Shown: positions 52,901 through 61,698 of the stretch, one piece after another | Numbering within the stretch: position 1 is the first letter of the stretch | Layout of the letters: each line of letters starts with the position of its first letter | Source: Arcobacteraceae bacterium | GTDB lineage: Bacteria > Campylobacterota > Campylobacteria > Campylobacterales > Arcobacteraceae | Length of the DNA: 64,000 nt | Assembly (NCBI GenBank): GCA_965224485.1 | Contig: CBDCZH010000018.1 | Coordinates: 32,001 to 96,000 of the forward strand | Direction of reading: 5' to 3' | Program-made: the position numbers and the translations under genes | The notes under the pieces: generated by a model | Told to the model about the DNA's origin: nothing | The model's input: the letters and a program-made list of their open reading frames with translations, nothing else | Databases searched by the model: none

Positions 52901-53350
52901 ATTGTTGGAGTTAAAAACGTAGGAGCTGGGCATCATTTACCAACAGGAGTTGCCGATTTTAGAGAATTATGGTTAGATATTACACTTAAAGATGCAAATG
53001 GAAAAGTTGTATTTGAAAGTGGAAAACTAAAAGATGATGGTAACTTAGATACAGATGCAAGACCATTTATGAAAGTATTTGGTGATAAAAATGGAAAACC
53101 AGTTGGACTTTTATTTTGGAAATATGAAAAACTTTTAAGTGATACAAGAATTAAAGCAGGGGAGAGACGAATTGAAACATATGATATCTCAAAACCTGAG
53201 AAACTTATTTATCCTTTAAGTGTTATAGTAAAACTAAATTTCAGAATTTATCCTCAGTGGGTTACTGATGCTGTTAGAAAAGCTTATCCTCAACTACCAA
53301 ATCCACCAGTAGTTGAATTAGAAAAAATAATGAAAGACTTTAGTAAATAA
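49964..53350 (+). CDS. Fusion of cytochrome-b-like TM domain, YVTN-type beta-propeller and multiheme cytochrome c (6 CxxCH)
   Basis: Four His-bearing TM segments, propeller repeats (TPRGLAL, NPWDLAFS), CNSCH, CKSCH, CMGCH, CVACH, CATCH, CIDCH, AGHHLPTG. Confidence 0.85.
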   Translation: MKIAYIELSIVLMFLTGILQWDLIDIPWVYFTFLQATHIIASILVAVFLIIPFVNMHTYKYRVNIMARKRNSTNGMILGIVLLLIIASGVYLFFVGNRGGDDIGYYSFLIHLYGSFLLLFFLWYHSMFSNANIRRKKAAREKRAKENALHAKMANVKSFAFILLSIAFLYPSLAYSSVSSSALYLSKDSKYLYSANLDAGSVTKIDALSGKVIFEKVLGEDIRRIAFNSDESVYAVTDYMKDKVIFLNKNNEIIKEIKTKNRPHAIIYDAKNSYFFVTIFEDNELLVIDDKNFEIIKTIKTFKTPRGLALTDDGRLLVSHSMIGMVSIYDSRSFARLKTITLHSTQNKNEFVSQGKPRLLDDIEIKPDGKEAWLPHVLWNFDHAFQFQSTVFPSISIISLEKGHEKELNEKRKHLFKAINILNNANSTMIVSNPWDLAFSSDGAKAFVTLAGSEDVMVLNIGRSMGSAKKKRHRKRGKRAGKGAKVTQILRAYPNNTNPQAIITSPKSNDIYVQNASRLDLTLLDSGGSHPFARLTVKIDSFSKVVKKDLLAKNIREGKTLFNNANTNTNKETPMAGDFWMSCNSCHFEGFNFTNGFLFTDTKLNKSLKSTIGHDTLKGFISKDPLGDYVRIARDTQGGMGADEKAELTIVDPAKMSAKLKTKMQALHSYVKSKDNLRYLSNWIKLEEDVEEYHVEDWTNSAKCKSCHNEIFNQWADSNHRNLVGTNPYYIVVENVAAQVEGEEFRQWCMGCHSPSAITTGLVKKTTHTMDKFFESGAKTLINELKVHGNSKLEEGVSCVACHRITKVEDAGGNAAYTLAVKSRPKYAFEDSDNAGLQFLSEKLINSKPQKHIDSYMKPIYKKSVYCATCHDEFTPGNGSKIVSTFKEWENSKYNNPDDPSEHKSCIDCHMTYLKNDKLSPLRGRSTDGGKIKDDVKVHYFAGANHFLSGLKSKEHEDQTLQLLRTSAKLDVNVKDGKVIVGVKNVGAGHHLPTGVADFRELWLDITLKDANGKVVFESGKLKDDGNLDTDARPFMKVFGDKNGKPVGLLFWKYEKLLSDTRIKAGERRIETYDISKPEKLIYPLSVIVKLNFRIYPQWVTDAVRKAYPQLPNPPVVELEKIMKDFSK

Positions 53351-53385
53351 TATAGTATTGTAAGATACTAATAATAAGGAAAAAC

Positions 53386-53903
53386 ATGAAAAATATAAAA
53401 AATTACTTTGCTATAATTATCATGATATTTGTTTTTAATGGGTGTCTTGCTCCCTTAGTATCTTATAGCAATAGTTCAAAAGTATTGTCTCTTAAATTAT
53501 ATGATGAGCAACGTAAAGAAGTCAAATTTGAGAATGAAAAGTATAAAACCAGTGCCGGTTATTGTATTTCTAAATCATTCTTATTATCTTCAGATAATGT
53601 TGAAAACTATGGTTTCTTATCTGTAGAGCATATTAAGATTAAAGACAGATGTGAATGGAAAGGATTAGCTGAAGGTTTTTATATTGAAAAAATAAAAAGA
53701 ATTTTTGATAATAGTGAAGTTAATCTTATTAAAAGAACTGAACTTGGTCAATATATATTTTCAGAATATGAAGTAGTAGGTGTACAAAATGTATCACTTA
53801 TTGAATTGTGAGGGGAGCAAAAGAAAATACTTTTATTCTTGATTTTGATGGTAAATTATCAAAAGAACTACAAAAAGACTTAAAAAGTCAATATCTGAAA
53901 TAA
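53386..53903 (+). CDS. Hypothetical lipoprotein (probable frameshift at ~53810)
   Basis: Lipobox FNGC; a shifted frame continues GAKENTFILDFDG...YLK* to 53903, just before a terminator. Confidence 0.65.
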
Positions 53904-53906
53904 TCT

Positions 53907-53934
53907 AAATAGAGCCAAACTTGGCTCTATTTTT
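53907..53934 (+). terminator. Rho-independent terminator
   Basis: AAATAGAGCCAA-AC-TTGGCTCTATTTTT. Confidence 0.75.
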
Positions 53935-54014
53935 AAATTCTTTAAAATCCTTACTCTTTCAAATAATAAACATAGTAAACTTATCTTATTATTCTAAATA
54001 ATAAAAGGATTTTT

Positions 54015-54461
54015 ATGAAAACTACACGAATTAAAAACTTAATACTTCAAGGACTTAGTACAAGAACTAATAATAAAAATGAAGCTGATAAAAAAACAGC
54101 AAAAATTTCTCCTTTATGGACTGAATATGTTGATGAAAATATTTATGCAAAAACATTAAATAAAACACATGATGATTATTTATACGGTGTTTATTCAAAC
54201 TATGAAAGTGATGTTAATGGTGATTATGATGTTACAGTAGCACTTGAAATTAAGAAAAAATCAAAAAAATATATTTTTATTGAAAATACAAAATATTTAG
54301 TGTTTTCAAAAAAAGGTGAATTTCCAGAAATCGTACTTGAATTATGGAAAGAAATTTGGGAATATTTTGAAAATAAACCAGAATATGAAAGAGAATATAG
54401 TATTGATTTTGAGAAATATGTACAAAAAGATGAAATAGAAATTTATATTTCAATAAAGTAA
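54015..54461 (+). CDS. GyrI-like/AraC effector-binding domain protein
   Basis: GLSTRTNN, YGVYSNYESD, LWKEIW, DFEKY. Confidence 0.87.
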   Translation: MKTTRIKNLILQGLSTRTNNKNEADKKTAKISPLWTEYVDENIYAKTLNKTHDDYLYGVYSNYESDVNGDYDVTVALEIKKKSKKYIFIENTKYLVFSKKGEFPEIVLELWKEIWEYFENKPEYEREYSIDFEKYVQKDEIEIYISIK

Positions 54462-54465
54462 AATC

Positions 54466-55242
54466 TTGTTTGAAATAAAAGATATAAATGATGAAAGAAT
54501 TAAAGAGTTTATATCTTTAAAACAATCTTCTTTAGATGAAAAATATGTAGTAGTTGAGAGTAAAAATGTTTTTAAAAAACTTTTTAGCAAAAACATAAAA
54601 ATTCATAAAGTTTTTACAAGTTTAGAAAACTGTGATTTTATAAATAAAAATTGCAAAAACATAGATTTTGAAATTTTCACTTCAAGTAATGAAATTATGA
54701 AAAAAATAGTAGGCCATAAAATACACCAAGGTCTACTAGCTTTAATATCAAGACCCCAATATATAAACTTTGAAGATATAAAAGGAAATGTAGTAGTTTT
54801 AAACTCTCTTACTTTTTCTCCTGAAAACGTAGGCTCAATTGTACGTTCATGTGCTTCTTTTAATATAAAGAACATAATAATAGATGAAAAAACTTGCTCT
54901 CCTTTTATAAGAAGATGTATAAGAGTTTCAACAGGTAATATTTTCAATATAAATGTATATAAATCAAAGAACCTAAAAGAAGACTTAGAAATTTTACAAA
55001 AAAATAATTATAAAATAATCTCAACAGCAAATACAAAAGAAGCAAAAAGTCTAAATACTTTTACCTTCCCTCCTAAGTCAGCAATCATAATTGGAAATGA
55101 AGGTTATGGTGTTTCTAAGGACATACTAGCCATGTCTGACGATGTTCTAAAAATAGATATAAGTGAAGAGGTAACAAGTTTAAATGCAGCAATTGCTAGT
55201 TCTATTGTCCTTTATGAGATGAGTAAAAATAAAACTAGCTAG
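54466..55242 (+). CDS. TrmH/SpoU-family RNA methyltransferase
   Basis: HQG, PENVGSIVRS, GNEGYG, SLNAAIA. Confidence 0.9.
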   Translation: MFEIKDINDERIKEFISLKQSSLDEKYVVVESKNVFKKLFSKNIKIHKVFTSLENCDFINKNCKNIDFEIFTSSNEIMKKIVGHKIHQGLLALISRPQYINFEDIKGNVVVLNSLTFSPENVGSIVRSCASFNIKNIIIDEKTCSPFIRRCIRVSTGNIFNINVYKSKNLKEDLEILQKNNYKIISTANTKEAKSLNTFTFPPKSAIIIGNEGYGVSKDILAMSDDVLKIDISEEVTSLNAAIASSIVLYEMSKNKTS

Positions 55243-55318
55243 ATATTTCTTTATTTAATTAATGTTTAAATTTAGAGACGTTCTGTGTTCGCTGTGAGGA
55301 CTTATTGTATCTTCTACT

Positions 55319-55597
55319 TTAAGGTTTATTTTTATTAAATATGTTTAAAATTATTATTGAGTTGTTATTTAAATCAACTTCATAAACGATAGTATATTTT
55401 TTAAAGGTCATATCTCTAATGTTTTCATCATTAAAATAATATGATTTTCTAAATTTATATGGATAATGTGGGAGTTCTTTAATTAGTTCAAATAAGTTTT
55501 TTCTAAATTTCTTTGAAGCTGATAATTTGTCTTTAGCTATATAGTCTAAAATTGAGTAAAAATTTATTTCAAATTTTTTATCAAGTTTAATTCTCAT
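55319..55597 (-). CDS. RelE/ParE-family toxin
   Basis: ILDYIAKD...PYKFRKS...YTIVYEV; overlaps the upstream antitoxin. Confidence 0.85.
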   Translation of the reverse strand: MRIKLDKKFEINFYSILDYIAKDKLSASKKFRKNLFELIKELPHYPYKFRKSYYFNDENIRDMTFKKYTIVYEVDLNNNSIIILNIFNKNKP

Positions 55598-55844
55598 ATT
55601 TTAATTCTAGTTCTTTTTCAAATTTATTTGTACTATTTTCAAAATCTTCAAATGAAGTTAAATTTCTATTTCCACTTTTTATATCACTTCTTATTTCTTG
55701 TAATTCTTTTTGTCTTTTATAAAAGTAAGGGTCAACTTCTAAATTTTTATCTTTTGAAATAGTGATATCTTTACTATGGTTATGAACATAACTCATAAAA
55801 TTTTGTACATAATTATCTTGAACTTGTACTAAAATTGTTTGCAT
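55587..55844 (-). CDS. Probable cognate antitoxin
   Basis: Small ORF with acidic C-terminus, overlapping the toxin start. Confidence 0.7.
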   Translation of the reverse strand: MQTILVQVQDNYVQNFMSYVHNHSKDITISKDKNLEVDPYFYKRQKELQEIRSDIKSGNRNLTSFEDFENSTNKFEKELELKYEN

Positions 55845-56120
55845 AACATTCCACCTATATTTTATTTATACACTATTATATCAAAACTAAAGTGATTTTA
55901 CTTTAGTTTTAAAGTTAGAATTAGGTTTGATTACACCTAGTCGTATTCCCTTGTATCAGTCAGTTTCAATTTAATTAATTTTTTTCTTGATAAATACAAA
56001 TACAATTTGCACTATGCTTGTCAAAACAATCTCATCTTTACCTTAGCAAAGTTTTATAACGTTTAATTTCAGCAAGGCTCTGCATTTGTTTCAAGATTTT
56101 GTTATGTGTTTTACTTAGTT

Positions 56121-56239
56121 AAAATAAAGTTGACTGTGCCTTTTATTCTTTATTAATAATTTAGTATCGTGTCCCCGGAATTTAAAAATAAAGTTGACTG
56201 TGCCTTTTATGCTTTACTAATAATTTAGTATCGTGTCCC
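56121..56239 (+). repeat. Tandem 55-bp direct repeat, period 64
   Basis: 56121-56175 and 56185-56239, two mismatches; each contains GTTGACTGTGCCTTTT and TTAGTATCGTGTCCC. Confidence 0.9.
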
Positions 56240-56271
56240 AGAAATTAATATTTTTATTAGCACTATTTTTA

Positions 56272-57267
56272 TCAAATACTATCTTCTAATATTTTTTGAA
56301 ATTCTTCTTTATTTGGTAAAACAGTTAGATATTTACTTGCATAAATTTGATTATTATCTTCTGGTAATGTCATCTCTACTAAACCATTACTTTTATCTTT
56401 ACATAAAATTATACCTACAGTTGGGTTTTCATTTTCAAGTTTTTCATACCTATCAAAATAATTTACATACATCATCATTTGACCTATATCTTGATGTTTT
56501 AACTTACCAATTTTTAAATCTATGACTATAAAAGATTTTAATATACGATTATAAAAAACTAAATCAACTGCAAAATGTTCTTCATCTATAGTAATTCTTT
56601 TTTGTCTTGCTACAAATGTAAAACCTTTTCCAAGTTCTAATAAAAAATGTTCCAACTTGTCAATAAGTTTTTGTTCAAGTTCACTTTCACTATAACTATT
56701 TTCTACACTTAAACCAACAAACTCTAGTATATAAGGGTCTTTTATCATATCACCAACAGATTCTATAATTTGCCCTTTAGATGACAACTCTTTAACTTTT
56801 GATTTATCACGGCTTAGCTGTAATCTTTCATAAATACCACTATTAAATTGTCTTTTAAGTTCTCTGAGTGTCCAAGAGTTATCTACTGATTCTATCTCAT
56901 AGAAATCTCTTTCACTAATATTTGAGATTCTTGATAAAAATATATAATGAGACCAACTTAAATTGAATTTGTGAGACAGTGTCTCGCTTTTTGAAAATGC
57001 ATTATAAAATAGTCTCATGTTTTTTAAATTATCTTCGGAATAACCTTTTCCAAATTCTTTGGTAAGTTCTACAGATAAGTTTTTCAATAATGCTTTTCCA
57101 TATTTAGCACGACTTTTTCCATCTTGTTCTTCTTCAACTATCATCTTACCTATTTGCCAATAGGTTTGTGTCATAGTTATATTTATAGTGCTATATACTT
57201 TGTTTTTAGCATTTTGTAGGAGTGTTTTTATTTCATTGTAAAAATTTGATTGTTTTTTTAAATTCAT
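56272..57267 (-). CDS. YhcG/DUF1016 PD-(D/E)xK nuclease-domain protein
   Basis: YWQIG, LSWSHY, KDPYILEF, LLELGKGF, DLVFY, IDLK, GQMMMY. Confidence 0.93.
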   Translation of the reverse strand: MNLKKQSNFYNEIKTLLQNAKNKVYSTINITMTQTYWQIGKMIVEEEQDGKSRAKYGKALLKNLSVELTKEFGKGYSEDNLKNMRLFYNAFSKSETLSHKFNLSWSHYIFLSRISNISERDFYEIESVDNSWTLRELKRQFNSGIYERLQLSRDKSKVKELSSKGQIIESVGDMIKDPYILEFVGLSVENSYSESELEQKLIDKLEHFLLELGKGFTFVARQKRITIDEEHFAVDLVFYNRILKSFIVIDLKIGKLKHQDIGQMMMYVNYFDRYEKLENENPTVGIILCKDKSNGLVEMTLPEDNNQIYASKYLTVLPNKEEFQKILEDSI

Positions 57268-57351
57268 TACTTATTATACCTTTATTTCAAATCTAATTTA
57301 TTTATGATATTAATTATTGAACCATAATATATTATCTCTTCTATAACTATT

Positions 57352-57564
57352 TTAATAGTAAATTTTATTTTGTAGACTTTTAAAATATTCTAGGAGTCTT
57401 AATTTTTGTTTATATTTCATAGATAAATCTTGACCTAATTTTAAATTCCATTGGTCAAGTATTACATCAACACCATTATGTCTTAATCTTGTTGCTACTT
57501 GCATCACCCAACTTTTGTGTTCATCATTATCATGTGAATATGATATAAAAACTTGTGATGACAT
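57352..57564 (-). pseudogene. Truncated TIR/SEFIR-domain gene
   Basis: VFISYSHD...WV...LRHNGVDVILDQW.L..GQDL, after which similarity ends. Confidence 0.75.
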
Positions 57565-57911
57565 AAAACTTCTTTTTTCTGTAAACATTACTATTTGTTG
57601 TATTTGGGTTTAATCAGTCACTTTGTTAGTTTATACTTTAATTTACTTAAAAATAAGAACTCATTAAAATATGCTCTACTCGTATGATTATTTGTACTAA
57701 AGAGTACAAATTACCATACTCCTATTTCTTAACGTGCAAACAGTTATGGCTGGGTTACGTAAATAAAGAAAAACTTACTCACGAGGTTTGCCTTGTGCTA
57801 AAGAGCACAAGTTTTCCTTCTTCCTCTGCTAAAGCAGATATAGTTCGAGCACATATTCATTCAAGGAATAAAAGATAAGTGTATTTCCTGCCCTAGGGGT
57901 GTGTAACTTCC

Positions 57912-57970
57912 AATTAATGGTGCCAGTCCCGAATGGCACAGCAAGGCTCTAAATTAATGGTGCCAGTCCC
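57912..57970 (+). repeat. Exact 19-bp direct repeat AATTAATGGTGCCAGTCCC
   Basis: 57912-57930 and 57952-57970; the second copy supplies the last codons and stop of the SMC-like gene. Confidence 0.9.
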
Positions 57971-59738
57971 CTTTTTCCTTAGTGATACCTAAAAACATTT
58001 TTTGTTCAAAACCTTCAAAAGTAGCTAACCATTCTTTATCATTTACATCACATTCATATCGATAAGATGTTGTTGAATATATAAGTTGTGCATTATAGAG
58101 GTTACATAATTTCTTTAATTCACCAAGAAACTCGCTAAGATCACTAAGGTCTAACTCTTGTTGTCTTGGAGTATCAAAAATTAAAAACCTAAGGCTATTC
58201 CTAGAAGAATTTTTTAAATATACTTCAAATATTGTTGCATGAATTGCTAATACAACCCTTATTAGCGTACTTCCTTGTATTTGACTAAGTTTTTCCCCAT
58301 TAAATGTTGGTTTAAAATCATTATCTATTTCAATATTCCTTGATACATTTTTTGTTTTTAATATATCTAACCAAAAAATTAGTTTTTCTTTCAGTTGAGT
58401 CTTAATTTCATATAATTTAGTATTAATATCATTTTTACCACCAGTCAAAGAAGCTATACTATCTTGAACTCTTTCTCTTTCTTTTACTCTTTTTGTTAAT
58501 TTTTTCTTTTCTTCAAAAAAATACTCATAGGATTGTTTAGTTTGCTCTAATTGAAAAACTTCTTTAAATAATTCATTTAAACCATTTACTATTCTCTTTG
58601 ATTCTTGAGTATCATTCATTTGGCTAACTTCGCCCTCAATTCTTTTGATATCATCTATTAAATTCTCTTTTGATTCATTTAACATCATGATTTCTTTTTG
58701 AAAGATAAAGGAATTCCGCTGCATATCTTTTATTTGATCTTTTAAATATAATAAATTCTTCCCATATGATTCTGAACTTTTCATAAATAAACCGCAGTTT
58801 TGAGAGTAACATATTTCATTAAAAGATTGAAATATTCTTTTAGACTCTTCATTTAAACTTAAAGTATTAATTTCTAATTCAATTTCTATTTTAATCTTCT
58901 CAAAACTATCTATCCTAGTTTCTAATTCCAAAATATTATTATCTATAAATTGAATTTTTTTCTGTTTTGTAAAAATTAGATTATCTAAGTTAATTATTAG
59001 ATCATTTTTAAGTGTTCTTGAATTACTAAGGTTGTCTATTTGGCACGTATGATTTTCTATATTTTTAATAATATCTAAATGATCTTTTTCAAAATCACCA
59101 GTTGAGGAGCTCATACTATCAATTAATTTCTTTGATTTTACAATTTTTTTATCTAGTAAGTCTTGTTGTGATTTCAAATTAAATATTTCTTTTTTTTGAT
59201 CAAATGAATGCTTTGGAAGAATATCAAATATTAATCTTATCATTTCACTATATTGGTCTTTTATAAATACTGAAGGCGCTTTATATAAGTTACTATATCC
59301 AGTATCTTGATTTAAAAATAATAAAGGTAATAATGTTGAGAGATAAGGATGAGTAGGTTCTTTACCAATTGAGATAAGTGTGGGATATTTTATATTCAAT
59401 AATTCAAATAAAAAAGAAGTCAATTTTTCTTCCATATAAAAAACATCCCTTTTATTTTTACTATAGAGTTCTACATGAAATTCTGTACAAATTTTTCTTT
59501 TTAATTGAATTTCTTCTTTATTATGTTCAAAATACAAATTCACATATTCACAATTTTGGTAAATGTCTTCTCTAAACTTAGCACTGTAACCTAACGCATA
59601 TACAATAAATTGTACTATAGGAGTTTTTCCAGATCCATTAAAAGCAAAAATTTGTGTAATATCATTACCAAATATTAATTCTTCTGATTGCCATCCTTTA
59701 CTACTAGATGATTCTATAAATAATTTAGTTAATTTCAT
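57954..59738 (-). CDS. SMC/Rad50-like ABC ATPase, Lamassu LmuB-like
   Basis: Walker A FNGSGKT, long coiled coil with C-x4-C, QGS signature, Walker B LIFDTP. Confidence 0.8.
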   Translation of the reverse strand: MKLTKLFIESSSSKGWQSEELIFGNDITQIFAFNGSGKTPIVQFIVYALGYSAKFREDIYQNCEYVNLYFEHNKEEIQLKRKICTEFHVELYSKNKRDVFYMEEKLTSFLFELLNIKYPTLISIGKEPTHPYLSTLLPLLFLNQDTGYSNLYKAPSVFIKDQYSEMIRLIFDILPKHSFDQKKEIFNLKSQQDLLDKKIVKSKKLIDSMSSSTGDFEKDHLDIIKNIENHTCQIDNLSNSRTLKNDLIINLDNLIFTKQKKIQFIDNNILELETRIDSFEKIKIEIELEINTLSLNEESKRIFQSFNEICYSQNCGLFMKSSESYGKNLLYLKDQIKDMQRNSFIFQKEIMMLNESKENLIDDIKRIEGEVSQMNDTQESKRIVNGLNELFKEVFQLEQTKQSYEYFFEEKKKLTKRVKERERVQDSIASLTGGKNDINTKLYEIKTQLKEKLIFWLDILKTKNVSRNIEIDNDFKPTFNGEKLSQIQGSTLIRVVLAIHATIFEVYLKNSSRNSLRFLIFDTPRQQELDLSDLSEFLGELKKLCNLYNAQLIYSTTSYRYECDVNDKEWLATFEGFEQKMFLGITKEKGDWHH

Positions 59739-60210
59739 AAAGCTCCAATTCAATTTTCTTTTCGGTATTAATATCTCTATATTTTCTATTAATTACATTT
59801 AACGTGTATGATAAATCATTTTCTTTAGATAATGTATAATCAATCACTTTTTTTCCAAGATCAGTTGATATTATCTTTTGTTTTTTATTATCAATAGTTA
59901 TTAAATTTGAGATTTCCAAAAAATTCAATGCTGTAATTGTTCTTATTCGTAGATTCGCAGACCAACCCAAGTGTTGAGAAGAACCTTTAAATCCCTTCAT
60001 GCTTAACTCTAAGCACTCACCAATTAATTGACCAAGAGAATCAACTTGAGGTTTTTTTCTATTCTTTGCCAAAAGTAATATAACTATAGATAAAAATGGT
60101 AATTGAAATAATGCTTCATTATTTAATAAAATTTCTTTACTTGTATTATTTATAGTTGCTATCTTAATATCTTTTTTTCGAACTGACTTTAACATTTTTT
60201 CAAAATTCAC
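59725..60210 (-). CDS. Small middle component, Lamassu LmuC-like
   Basis: 161-aa ORF translationally coupled between the nuclease and the ATPase. Confidence 0.65.
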   Translation of the reverse strand: MNFEKMLKSVRKKDIKIATINNTSKEILLNNEALFQLPFLSIVILLLAKNRKKPQVDSLGQLIGECLELSMKGFKGSSQHLGWSANLRIRTITALNFLEISNLITIDNKKQKIISTDLGKKVIDYTLSKENDLSYTLNVINRKYRDINTEKKIELELYEIN

Positions 60211-61378
60211 TGAGATAACCTCCGTACAAGAGATGATAATGCACCACCTAATAATAATTCATCAGTAATAACTTTTATTTTTATAGTTTTATTTAATTTT
60301 TCAATTTCTTCAAGTAATTTTTCAAATGAAATAGTATTTAATTCTGAACTATTTGAAACTGCCCTGTCTAATTTAGTTAAGATCTTATTTAATTCAAAGG
60401 GAGGAATAATATGTCTATTAGTTCTTAGCCATGTATCCCAATCAGTTTTAACCTTAGAACAAAATTCAAGTATCTCTGGAGACGCGACAGATAATGTTCT
60501 TTGAAGTATAGAGGCATTCTTAATAGCTTGTTCATCTCCTCCTTTTAATAATTCATTATAAACATTTTGAGAAATAGATAATATCTCGAGTATATCTTTT
60601 AAATTAATTCCACACGCATCATCTAATTCTTCTTTAGATAACTCAGAAATTTTCACTCTTGATTTTTTCTCAATTAGTGCTATTAAACTATCAGTAATTT
60701 CTTTTGATTCTAAATAATGTAAATCTATTTCACTATATTTCAAAATCTTAGTTCTTATTTTTTCATAAAAATCTTCAGCATTATCTTCCAATAAATAAAC
60801 ATTATTAGTATCAAAACATAATTTTTTTAAATGCTCTTTAATCTCATCCTCAAGGATAACTTTTCCCTTAGGAAGAAAACACTCATTAAACTTTTCAATT
60901 AATAACAAAGTAAATTTATTTTCAAACAGTTCTTTATCTATATCATCATTTATATTTTCAACATGGTCATGAATATTTATATTTGTTAAAAAAGTTATTG
61001 AGGAACAAGAAGATTTAAAGTTTACAGTATGTAGCAACATTTTACCAACAAAACTATCTTTTATTTTTTTAATTTCTGTTTTTTCTACAGCTACTTTTTT
61101 TCTTCTTGTATATAATCCAAAAATATCAGAAATACTCCACAAATGATTTTTTTTTGATTTAGTTTTAACTTGATAGAAATTATATTTATATTCCTTATCA
61201 ATTTTTCTCTAACAACAAAATCGTCGTGATAATCACAATAGACCATATCAACATTATTATTTTCAAGTATTTTGACAACTTCTAATGAAGCTGCTCTAAA
61301 TTGAGCATGAAACCTTTTTATGGTTTCTCTTCCCACTTCTTCTCTAGCCTTAATATCGTGTATTTCAATGTTATTCAT
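60207..61378 (-). CDS. DUF4297/Cap4-like dsDNA nuclease effector, LmuA-like (one frameshift at ~61200)
   Basis: GRETIKRFHAQ...YHDDF, and after restoring one A, YNFYQVKTK...WSISDIFGL. Confidence 0.75.
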
Positions 61379-61698
61379 TAATACTCCATAAAATTTACTA
61401 ACTTTAAATAATTATTTTTTAACTTAATTAAATGTATAAAGTATCCAACTTGTGTCACAATCTCCGTTATAAAGAACAGAATTGTGTCTTTGTATATTTT
61501 ATTTTAAAATTTTTTAAAATTTTCAAAAGAAAAAAAGTTATTTGATAATCAAATCCTTTTAAATTTTCTACACCACTCATTAAATACTCTTATACTTTTT
61601 ATATATAAACCTAAATTTATTATTTGATAATAAATTTAGTATTATGTCTCCATTATTTTTGTGGTCTTAATAACTTTGTATCCAATACCCCTTTGTGA

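Noticed and set aside
26289..53350. Magnetosome island or extracellular electron transfer (Mtr/Cyc2) locus
   Set aside because: No mam/mad-like genes, and no decaheme-porin or cytochrome-porin fusion is recognisable
56121..56239. CRISPR array
   Set aside because: Only two units, the sequence between the motifs is also repeated (no unique spacers), and no cas genes are present
57684..57878. 64-aa ORF
   Set aside because: Lies within the structured repeat homologous to 63.1-63.4 kb
57912..57970. Mini-CRISPR (19-bp repeat, 21-bp spacer)
   Set aside because: Too short, only two copies, and the spacer itself contains a motif recurring at 56070
226..59575. Short antisense or overlapping ORFs in the track (e.g. 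226-426, 898-1140, 21068-21457, 27262-27669, 51124-51489, 59378-59575)
   Set aside because: Shadows of well-supported genes on another frame or strand
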